This document shows positions 12,037 to 23,131 of a stretch of DNA of 64,000 nt, piece after piece (positions within the stretch are counted from its first letter, which is position 1; each line of letters begins with the position of its first letter). This stretch comes from Chara braunii (taxonomy: Eukaryota > Plantae > Charophyceae), in the NCBI GenBank assembly GCA_003427395.1, contig BFEA01000038.1, forward strand, positions 151,242 through 215,241. Reading direction: 5' to 3'. The position numbers were made by a program, and so were the translations under genes. The notes under the pieces are model-generated. The model did no database searches and was not told the origin of the DNA. It saw only the letters and a program-made list of their open reading frames with translations.

Positions 12037-13431
12037 GCTTTATGGAGGAGAGAGCTCTAGGTGAAGAAGCGCTGGTAGCACATGGGAATTTGACACTGCG
12101 GCAGGTACATCATCCTCGTCTTAGTCCGGACCTTCAGCGGCTTGCGCAGTTCTTCTGCTCGAAGGGCGTCTACGCGGCAGCAGAGATCCACGTCGACGGG
12201 AGGGCTGACGCAATCATATTGGCTGAAGCTGTCAAGTTGCGACAGCGAGCATCTGCGGGCGTCGGCCGGATAACGGTGGTAGTTAATTTCAGTGGAGATC
12301 ACACGGCGATCCCCCCCTGCCGACACACGAGAATCAAGGTGGCGTTGCTTCTGTGGGTGCACAATCTTCAGAACGAGTGGACCCAGCTCCTGGCGCACCA
12401 AGGGGACGTGATCACACCAATCCGAGCGATCGAATACAACGGCCTTCGGCTGGATCGGTGTGACCCGCCGATGTACTTACCCCCTCTCATCCCCTTCCAT
12501 CCCCGATGAGCTCCTTCCCGATCTCTACTTTCGAAGCTTCCTTCTTCCTTCCCCACCTTTTGGCAATCTGATCTTCATCCCCGCCTCTCCTTCTCCATAA
12601 ATCCTCTGGTTGTTCCCCTCCTCGATCCCTCTCAGTGGGACGCGTGGCGAAGAGACTTCATCGAACTCTCACTGTGTTTGGTGGAAGTACGAGTGGCGTG
12701 GACGAGGGACGAGAGAAATTATCCGCGGTCTGAGCGATTGGAGCTCCTTTTGATTCAGGCGTGGCGGACCGAAGTAGAGGGGGACCTTCTCAGTTTTCTA
12801 TTCGGGTCAGTACGTCCAGGCTGTCGGAGGCTTCTCACCCAGGAGCTTACGGTCCCGATTGCGCAGCTGGCCGACGATCTTGACGTCAGCATTGTCTCCC
12901 AGGTCGACCCGCGCTTGGTGCCCCACGTCACCTCGCGCACGCTGTCGCCGTATCTTCAGTGGTCAGCTTGCGTGGAGGGCTTCCCATCGAGAATTTCGCC
13001 TTCACGGTTGGATTATTTGGATCCGCGCGACATCGTGGATCCCGCTTTCTACAGACCGTCGTACGAGGACGAATTGGAGGAGATAATCCGCGAGGAGCTT
13101 GCGGAAGAAAGTTCGGAGGAAGAGGAGGAGAATCCGAACAAAGACGAAGGGGAGCCAGCACAGCAGCAAGAAGGAGAAGAAGACGAGCTCCTGCAAACGG
13201 AGAACGAAGAGGAAGCAGAAGAAGAACACAGCGAGCAAGGGAGCGGTGACGACAACGACGAGGAGCACGCCGACGAGGATCTCCCAGCTAGAAATTGCGC
13301 CGGTTGCTGATCTTCCGATCAGCAACGATCCAACGCTCGACCCGGAGCCACCTCAGCCAGACGACGGCGATGTGGCCCCGATGGCTGGGCCGTCCGTTCG
13401 CCGGCCTCCTTCCCCACCGCGACACCGATGA
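12033..13431 (+). pseudogene. extra 3' ORF of the retrotransposon, unknown function, acidic C-terminal region
   Basis: ORFs 12033-12509 and 12678-13310 are in frame, separated by one TGA with an open frame between them. Probable frameshift near 13290. The start overlaps the integrase stop (ATGA). Confidence 0.6.
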
Positions 13432-14186
13432 TGAAGCCGCTCCCCCTCCGCCTCCCTCTCCCTCGCGGCCCGTCCCGCACTTCGAGCACGTCGAGATGAG
13501 GCCGATCAGTCTTCGTCCTCAGGATCTCTCTCTCCGACCCCATGACTTCCTCACCCTACGCCAGCTCACCCGTTCCGTCGTCTTCCCCCACAATCCCTTC
13601 CCCCGCGACACTTTTCGTCATTACTTCTCCATTCGTCTCTCTGTCACAGTCCATCCCCACTTATCCTCCCGGCGTGCTTCCCCTAAGTGCCCTCTCCATG
13701 TACTTCTTTTTAGCGTAGGATGGCGTCGTATCAACGCCGTATAGGTTTATTGCCTCTTCACGGGGTTAATCCCCGCATGCACCGACCGCGATCGCTTTCG
13801 CGCGGCGCTTCTTAGAACCTTCACCACTCTCTATCCCGACTACCTCGCTTCTCTCCCCACTACTGGCCGCCGATTTCCCCGCTTCCATAGAATCGTCCAT
13901 CATCGGAGCCTTCCGGAGACGAACGATGAGCTGGAACGTTTCTTCCCGCCTATCCCAACTCATCCCCCATCAACACCTCCACCTGCCTATCGTCTTCCTT
14001 TTCCTCTTCCCCACGAGTGACGACAACCAGGATACGACTACCGCGCAGCATGACTTCCACACTCGTTCGCACGGTATGCGGCAGAAAAGAAGATCAACCA
14101 TCCACGACCAATCAATCGAAGATGATCGACACGTCTGCTAACAAGCAGGAGCTTGCTTATCTTTGGAACCCCCTGGGCGTCACATA

Positions 14187-16613
14187 TGTGACGAACTAGC
14201 TTTTGTAATGCACGACTTTCTGCGCGAAATGCTAAGCGGGGTCCCACGTCAATTGGACGGGTTGATGGAAAATTGCATGTGTGTCCTTGCTTTCTTCGTT
14301 GTTTCTTCGTTCGCGCACGAGCCCCTGATGACAGTTGGGGACAATTCGGGAATGCACGGGGAAAAGGGGGTGAAACTTGGTCGGATGGATGCGGAGTGCA
14401 CGCCGAGTGCGCGATTAATAAACGTTGGTGTCGCTTCTTTTCTTTCGTTTCCCTTCTTTTAATTTTGTTTTGTCGGACTTTTAGGCGCGCAGACATCGCA
14501 CGGGAATTTCGGTGTCTCTTTTTGAATTTCCTTCTTGAATTTCCTTTTTGAATCTTGGTCGGATCCATATGGCCTTCGGAATTTTGATTTTCTTTTTCGG
14601 ACCTTTTCATAATATCGGCAGGCTAGCTAGGAATTTAGGAATTTTGGAATTTCCGTTTTTCTAGGGCGCTGCTCTGCATGTTCGCGCGCTCTTTCTTGCT
14701 GCTGCGCTAGGACCTTAATTGATTGGCGCCTTAATCCTTTTGCAACTGTAATTTTTGGCGCACACTTTTGTAACTGTATCTTTCTGTTTCTTGCTTCTTA
14801 TTCTTCCCACCTCGTTTCTTCCTCTCTCCCCTCCTTAGCTGGGTAACCGCGTTTGCATGTTCGGAATGATGCATGGAGTTGGGTACGTCCCCCACGCCGC
14901 GGCCCGACCGTGCAAACGTAAGCACTCCCTTTCTCCCATCTATCTACGTCCTTGTAATTCCGTGTTCTTTGCGCATGCATGCACGCTATAAATTTCGGCT
15001 GCGCGATTAACTTTCTCTCGTAACAGTTGCTGGAAGCTCGGGGTTGCGCGATCGAGAGGGTCGGCACACGAGCGAAGTAAGAGGTGAGTGAAGTGGGAGT
15101 CGGGCGACCCGACAAGCTGGTGCCGAATGCGCGGGGTTGACGCGGGCCACGACGGACTGTGGGCGCGGAGCGAACCTGACGGGCGCAGGAGGACTAATCA
15201 GGGTGACGGCTTCATGTGTTGGTGCGCGACGACGAACTGTCGGCATCGGAGAGAGAGAGAGAGGAGAGAGAGTTGAGGTTGAGGATGAACATGGATTTGC
15301 GTTTTTCTTTTCGGCCTTTTTTTTTATCTGTGTATATAAATTTTGGTGTCGATTACGGGCAACTCGCCCTTGTCTTTGCGGCCATATACTCGTACTATCG
15401 TTCGATTTGATCCTTTTTTTTTGTATCGATGTTTTCTCCTTTTTTCGTTCCTTCTCCGGAATCCTCTTTTGCAAATGATGTATGGATGGTCGCGCACCTT
15501 CGCATTTTCGTTTTTGATCGTTTTTCTTCGAACCCTCGTACATGATGAATGAGAATGGGGATTGCATGTTGGCGTGATCAGTAGAATGTGTTGGCTTGCC
15601 GAATCTTATGGGTAGTCTGGAGCACACCATCGGACGTGCCATATGGGCACCTGCAAGTGCGATCCGAATGGAGTGCGGCTTACATGTGTCCATACCACTC
15701 GGACCCGCCAATCGGGTCTTGGCTAATGCCCGTCGTCAGCCCCTCACTGAAGTAGGAGTCGACATTAACCGGGATCGGGTTACCCATCACGCGTAAGTGC
15801 GACTTGTTCGCATCTCCCTTACGCACTTACGAGCGGTGATCTCCCCGATTAACTTATCCCCCAAGGCGTGAGTGATGAAAGAATGACGAGCTCGCGGAGG
15901 CTAGACGTATCTTGGAATTCCGGGGATTACGAGTCGTATTTCGGATACCGGGAAATCTGGGAAGAAGAGCAACTCCGATTACGGGAAAATTTGAGAAACC
16001 CGGTGTTCCCCTGCCTCACGGAAAACGATAGATTCTGCGCTAGGGAATTCCATCTCGCCGTACGAGGCGACCCACTGATACCCGACTACCCAAACACGTA
16101 CAACACGCAGTATTTCATAACCCCCAGCTTCGTCCTTATCGCCACTAATTTCCCGCCATACCACCTCCTCCTCCCCTATCATCAGCTTATAGTAGTATCG
16201 TGGAATTCCATAGCGCCTTATTGGCCCTCCACCCCGCGCAGAAGCTGCAGGCGATGTGCCCATACCCGAACCCCCGGAGCCTCGGCACCTAGGCATAGTT
16301 CCCAACAACCCACGCCACGTGGCGGACCCCGAAGGCATGGGCCCCAAGGACCGCCTCGACAGGCTCCCCAGAACTGGCGATCACGTCAGGATCGGACGGC
16401 CCCGCACAACCAGCGTGCAAGCCCGCGCCCGTAAATTTTTCCATTGCTCTATTGTATCTCTACCCCTGAACTTGGCCACAGAAGATCCCAGTTTCGACCT
16501 GGGACTTCAACCCCCACTTTCCCAAAAATCCTTGGCACACCCCTCTTCGCACTTCCAGGCCCCCATCCCACTCCGATCAGGAAGTCGCGCCGGGCGTGAG
16601 GTTGGGCGTCACA
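14187..16613 (+). repeat. 3' LTR
   Basis: TGTGACG...CGTCACA inverted termini; homologous to 4236-5924. Confidence 0.93.
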
Positions 16614-18989
16614 GCACACTGCGACAACCTAACAACAACAGGAGTAACAACAGCAGTGTACACAATGGTAGGAACAGGAATAGGTCCTCCACCTATGGGA
16701 CTTGTAGAGAATGTCTATACCTCGCGCCCAAAAGTACCTGTTCGACAGAGCTCGTTCGACTATGCTCAGATTAGGGCCGAGTAGGGTACGTGGGGCTCTG
16801 ATTAGCCCTGGTACCTGCAACCACTGTCTGGTCAGGTCGTCCCCATCAAAAGATGACCGGAGGGTGATAGTCCTGAGTGGTAGACACTGAAGTAGGGTCG
16901 TGGGAGTAGGGGTGCACCGGGAAGACATTACGAGAGTGGGAGGTTTAGAGGGAGTCACATAGGAATGGGGGACCTCTATAGACCATCTGGATAACCACAT
17001 TACCGATTGTTGAAGGTGACTGTCATATGTCTGGAGTCCAACCTCCGAGTCTACAACAACCTGGGCTTTTTAAGAAGGGGGGAGAGGGGGAATTTGCGGC
17101 ACTGCAGTGTGGATGGTTATGATAAGCTGGGATCCGTACTTCGCGGCTTCACGTACCCTTCGGAGTAAACTCCGAGGTAAGCCTCGAACCAGGGATCTTA
17201 GTTGTTCAGGAAAAAACGGGTCCATTTTTCATTTTCGAGGTTAATGGCATGCATCTTTCAAAATTACCCCTATCCTTGTTCAAATTAGTTCTTCGCGCGG
17301 ACGGTTAGCGATCGCGTGAAGAAATCCAAGAAACAGTTACGAATTTCAGTTGGATGCATTTAAATTTTCTTTGTGTTAAAGTGCACGGGACCATTTTCGA
17401 ATTCTTGCATGGCTCATAAGCTTTGTTCCCGCTTTGTGCGTGTGCGCCATCGTCCCCTCTGGCTGAGCGCTTCTCCCTGCATGTCCTTTCATCTCCCCTC
17501 GATTCCGCACCCAATCCTCCTCTTACCCTTCGGGGCGATCGATTGGTCACTAGTTGGGATTGATCGCAGTTTGGACGACCACCCCAATTGAACGAGGAAT
17601 ACCGATCTCCCTGCCTCCTTCGATCTTCTTGGAACCTCCTCTCTTCCTCTGTCCTGATCATCTACATCCCTTGCTTCCCGCACCACATGCTAGCACCTCA
17701 CCGCCTTCCACGTTATAAATTCTCGCAGCCCCTTCCTCTCCTCCTCTTTGATCTCGACTGCAATGTTGCGCAAGCTATGCGCGAAGACCACCGCGTCGAA
17801 CAGGCTCGACGTGCCCAAGTGACGAGCGGAGTGACTACATAGGGTGGGTTGGCGGTAGACTTGAGGGTACGTGCGGTCGGAGGGACTGAGCGGTGGTGGA
17901 GATAAAACGTGGCCAGCGGCAAAGGCCGCAGAGCCTTGTGGCTATGGTTGGTTGACGTTCTGGTTGGTTGGGGGTTGTGCCTGATTGAAGCCGGTTTTGT
18001 GCAATTTTGAATAGCGAGGGATTCTCTCTTTTCTCCATTGTTGCTTTGTCGAAGTGTTGTGCGTGCAGTAGACTAAGTGTGGGTACTAAGTCGCATCCAT
18101 GATATTGATTATGAGGGTCTATGGATGTTGAGTGCTTCGTTGAACAAGATGCATGCATGTATGGATGTGGAGTGATGTCACGAGTGTAAAGCTTCGTAGG
18201 CGCGACCTGGGGGAAAGGTGGGTGTGTCGGACGTCTACCTGTATCCATGAGTGTGTTGATCTCCCCTTCCTTGCCTTTCCCACCCCTTGCCAATTCCTGG
18301 CACTATCCATGAGTGCAGGGAATCGTCGCCCACTCTTCCCTCTCTTCCCTCTCCCACGCAAGTGCCACGTGTCGGTTTGTCCCATGTTCCAACCAGCTGG
18401 TCGTAGTAACTAGAGGCTCGGTCGAGTGTATCTTTGCGAGTCGCCCGATCTCTTTGCTTCTCGACTTTAGCCATTTTATCATGACAATGATTCGGTGACT
18501 AATGACGCGGTGTCCCTAAACTTGCATCTTGCTAAGTGGGAGAGAATGGGGTGAGTCCCATTAAGATTTGCATGGAGTCGAGATTTATTGCGCTACACGT
18601 GAGCGCGAGTAATGCTCGACCCTCTCATTGATTTGCCACAACACCCTCCCGCCATTCCCGATTGTGGATGAAGACAATGTATACTGCGATGCGGATGTGC
18701 GAAGTGCGTTGTTGCAAACCGACCAAGTTCACCTATACAACCCGTCCAAGGCTTGTCATATAAGGGGGGGAGGGTTCGTGCTGATTGACCGGTTTTCTTC
18801 CTTAGAGGGGCAGGGAAGGGGAGGGGGAGGTCATCATGAGGAGATCATAATAAAGGACGGGTAAATAAGACTTTGGTTGATATTTCCACATGGGTTCGTC
18901 CTTCCTCCAGTTTTTCCACAAGAGCTTGGTGTCATGAATTTTTGTTATTATCTTCGTTTGGCCCAACCATTCTTCAGAAATTGTTTCTG

Positions 18990-19380
18990 GCCCGATATGG
19001 CCAAACTTTTTTAGAGGCGACATACGTAAAAAATCGCGGAGTAAGGGGCCCAAGTATATATATATAAGGCTCTATTTTTTTCACACTTGCAGAAAATATG
19101 CGGCTACACGGAAAATCGACGAAAGAGACAAAGAGGGGTACAGGCGGAGGAATTGTGCTCATACAAGGACGATCGGAACACGTAATAAATCTCATCGAAC
19201 GAGATATCGTGTTCTAGGAATCTTCAACTTTAAGACAAATATGGACTCGAGTGCGGCACCTAACAAATTTGATGACTTCAACAATTGGTAACGGCCACAA
19301 TTGTAACCAGCTGTTCTAGAACACGTTTGAGAAATCACTGCAAGTGTTTTCAGTACCTATGTTGAATCAGCATCTTAATT
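18990..19380 (+). repeat. dispersed repeat, possibly the upstream pseudo-LTR of Penelope-like element 1
   Basis: Aligns with 26128-26195 plus 27070-27390 (e.g. ATGCGGCTACA.G.AAAATCGACGAAAGAGACAAA and TTTGATGACTTCAA), which lies just after the PLE1 ORF. Confidence 0.6.
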
Positions 19381-21349
19381 TTATTAATTTATTTATTTAT
19401 CTGTTTTGTCTACAGTTTGAGACTCACTTGCCATGAAGGTAAGGAGAGTACTCGAGGAAGAAATATTTAAGTGCGGAATGTAATGATTATACTACACCTT
19501 AAGCAAATGGAGTAGAAGGGTTGTACGGGCAGAGTGTTGCAACATCCTTTCATGATGTAAATGATCTTTGAAAGTAAAGCTCCAACTACATTATCATTTG
19601 AGTTCATCTTATAGTGAGTCTGTAGTTGCGCTTAGGAATGCTTGCTCGGTGGCTTCGCTGATTGATGCATTCGCAGAGAACATGGAATCCTGCCGTGCAA
19701 AGATGTTGAATAATTGGGGTTCGAGGATTGGAGTTTACTTTCGACTATCCTAGTGATGGTCGGTTATCTCACTGAAGTTTGATATCATGAAGCGAATTGT
19801 GGTCACGGTGGCATTGCCGCAGTCATCAAGTTGTTGGATCGCATCAAGTGCCCAAAGAAAGTTCGAGTGAAGACAGTCGGGCACAATACCTGCTTGAAGG
19901 GAACTGATGTGGTGATAATTGTATGTACTGGCGTGGGAGAGGCTGCGAAAAAGGTAGGAGGTCCAGTTGTAACCGGTACTGGATGGAATTTTCCGCAAGA
20001 ATGCAAACTCCACCAGTGACCGCATCAACGAATGCGAGTGGGCAAACACCTACACCCACCATGCAAGTGATGACACCGATCTCCGGATTGGCACAACAGG
20101 CAGTGGCATTGCCACAACTTCCGCCAGTTGGATACTATCCGTCGATGTGTGGGTGACAGCCTCCTCCACCACCGAATTGGAACTCTAATCAGAGGCAGCC
20201 AAGCGTCAATTCGTTTCCGAGACCTTGACAAAGAGGATGGTTTACTAAGGAGCATCTCGATCTCATAAAAAAATGGAAGACGAGAGATTTAGACAAGGAT
20301 ATCAAAAACCTGTGCGCAGTTGAATCTAGTGGCACGAGCTCTACTCGAGATGGTAATAAGGAGAGGAAACCAAAGGAGGTTGTGGATGACAGCGAGGTGA
20401 TAATAAAAACATGGATCGTGAGTACGTTTGCAGGGTCCTAAAAAAAGATAGCAGATAAATTGAAGGACGTGCATAGAAAGACTACGGCAACAATCCAAGA
20501 TCGGGAAAGAAGAAGGTGGAAGAACTCGATGAAGAAAAAAGGGACAGAGGGAGTTGTGAGAAGCGAAAGTGCGACTTTGCATCACCGACCGTGTCGAGAT
20601 CAAGATCAAAATTTCGACCAAAGAGCGTCGGCAGGGCAGTGAATATCTGACCGATGCAGATCAACCTATCGGATGATGACGAGGACAAAAGGGTTGGAGA
20701 TAAAGTCCGTTAGAATACACGGATTGACGAGAGGCAAGAACATCTCGCGAATGTTGCAGAAGGCGCAAAGCCTGAAAAGATTAAAAACATGCTCCTAGCC
20801 TTAACGGGAAAATCAAATCAAGGAGGTGAGAACCAATCGTCAAGCTACATAGGAGGGCTTGGAACGTAGGTGGATAAGGTGAAGACGAAACAAACCAGCG
20901 ACGAACAATTGGAAGAGTGGAACACATGAAGGAGTTGGAGAAAGCGAAGGCATCGCAGAAGGAGGTCATCAAATATATGAGGTGTCGCTTGAACTACTAC
21001 ATAACCAAGGATTACAAAGAAATCAAGGCACTTTGTAAGAAGAGTAACACTCGCTGCGATCGAAAAGACAAGGGGGCATGAGAACTGGCGAAACAAGACA
21101 CCGAGCAGTGTCGGCCTGTTGTACGGAGACGAGCCGTACAAACTCTTGTACGTCCGTACGTATGCCCCTCTACCTCCTATATGGAGCATACCTACGGACT
21201 TTGGCCTCGAAATTCGGGGCCTTGGGGGAGGACTCTTAGGAGACTAAAGCCCTTTTGGGGGGTGCGGGTGCCGAGGGAAAACCTCCCCCATCGAAAAAAA
21301 TAAAATTAAAATTTGGGGTTGGGGTAAAAATAATAATAATAATAATAAA

Positions 21350-21527
21350 AAATTGATTGGTTGATTGATGATTGGTTGGTGATTTGATTGGTTGGTTAAT
21401 TAATTGATTGATTGATTGATTGGTTGGTTGGTTGGTTGATTGATTGATTGATTGATTGATCGATCGATCGATTAATAATAAAAAAATGAGCGAGCACAGA
21501 TGGTTGTGTGCACGTGCATGCTCGCAC

Positions 21528-21588
<61 letters not shown>

Positions 21589-22050
21589 ACTTTGTGAAAG
21601 AGAGAGAAAGAGTGAGAGTATGTGTGTATGTGTAAGTGTAAGAGACAGAGAGTGTATGTCTGTGTGTGTGCGCTTGTGCCCGCTTGTGTGTTTGTGTGCG
21701 TCTGTGTGCGCGTTTGTGTTTGCGTGTGTGTGTGTCTATGTGTGTATGTGTGTGTGTGTGTATGTGTGTGTGTGTGTATGTGTATGTGTGTGTGTGTGTG
21801 TTTGTGTGTGTGCGTGCATGTGTGGGTGTGGGTGTGTGTTATCATGTTCGCTATACACTAAAAAAAAAGCATGACTGTACCAGACTGTTTTATCAGACTT
21901 CCACCAACTTATCAGGAGTGTGTATATGTATGTGTGTGTATGCGTGTGTGTGTACGTGTGTGTGTGCGCACACAAACGAGCACGAACCACACACAAACAC
22001 ACATCAATCAATCAATCAATCTGTCAATCGATCAATCAAGCAATCAAGCA
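21350..22050. repeat. compound microsatellite (GATT/GGTT)n, (GA)n, (GT)n, (ATCA)n
   Basis: Direct reading. Confidence 0.9.
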
Positions 22051-22150
22051 ATCATTTTTTTCGATTTTTTTTTTTCAAAAAAAATATTAAAAAAAGAACA
22101 GGGGGGGGTCCCTGCCACCTCCCCTACCCCCCCACGCTAGCACCCCCCCC

Positions 22151-23080
22151 CTATGTTCCCCCCTGGCCGCGGCCGAGTTCGGTCGTGGCCGTGGCCGGGG
22201 CCGGGACCCCCCCGGTCGTGGCCGATCGGGGAGGGGGTTTTAGGAGCGGGGAGCGGGTTTCGAGTCGGGGGGGGCTCCCCTACCCCCTCGCAAAAAAAAA
22301 AAANNNNNNNNNNNNNNNNNNNNNNNNNNNNNNNNNNNNNNNNNNNNNNNNNNNNNNNNNNNNNNNNNNNNNNNNNNNNNNNNNNNNNNNNNNNNNNNNN
22401 NNNNNNNNNNNNNNNNNNNNNNNNNNNNNNNNNNNNNNNNNNNNNNNNNNNNNNNNNNNNNNNNNNNNNNNNNNNNNNNNNNNNNNNNNNNNNNNNNNNN
22501 NNNNNNNNNNNNNNNNNNNNNNNNNNNNNNNNNNNNNNNNNNNNNNNNNNNNNNNNNNNNNNNNNNNNNNNNNNNNNNNNNNNNNNNNNNNNNNNNNNNN
22601 NNNNNNNNNNNNNNNNNNNNNNNNNNNNNNNNNNNNNNNNNNNNNNNNNNNNNNNNNNNNNNNNNNNNNNNNNNNNNNNNNNNNNNNNNNNNNNNNNNNN
22701 NNNNNNNNNNNNNNNNNNNNNNNNNNNNNNNNNNNNNNNNNNNNNNNNNNNNNNNNNNNNNNNNNNNNNNNNNNNNNNNNNNNNNNNNNNNNNNNNNNNN
22801 NNNNNNNNNNNNNNNNNNNNNNNNNNNNNNNNNNNNNNNNNNNNNNNNNNNNNNNNNNNNNTACGCAATAGAAAACAACAGTACCCAAAAAATAAATATC
22901 GGCGTGTAGGGTTTTTTGAACCCTACACGCCCATTTTTTTTTTTTTTTGCGCTAAAATATGGGAAAAAAATTGTTGCACCAAACTTGGCTGGTCGGTCGT
23001 GGCCGAACCCGGCTGATTTGGCCGACGGCCGCGGCCGCGACCGAGTTTTCGGCCCCGGCCGTGAACCAGCGTGCAACATA
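22151..23080. mobile_element. non-autonomous TIR element spanning a gap
   Basis: CTATGTTCCCCCCTGG at the left end and CCAGCGTGCAACATAG at the right (imperfect inverted repeat), with GC-rich GGCCG subterminal repeats. Confidence 0.45.
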
Positions 23081-23131
23081 GCCCCCTTCTCAACACCCCC
23101 TGGCAGCTTAGTACGGGGGTCGGTCGTATGA

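Larger units (their letters stand above)
4236..16613 (+). mobile_element. Ty3/gypsy LTR retrotransposon, decayed
   Basis: Long direct repeats at 4236-5924 and 14187-16613, a tRNA-iMet PBS, gag with a CCHC knuckle, then PR-RT-RNaseH-integrase (gypsy order). Several stops and frameshifts. Confidence 0.96.
3440..17058. mobile_element. possible older solo LTR (~1.2 kb: 3440-4235 plus 16640-17058) interrupted by the gypsy insertion
   Basis: Starts TGTTGT (3440) and ends ACAACA (17058), typical inverted LTR termini, and is non-coding. The flanks GACTG/ACCTG match only partly. Confidence 0.3.
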
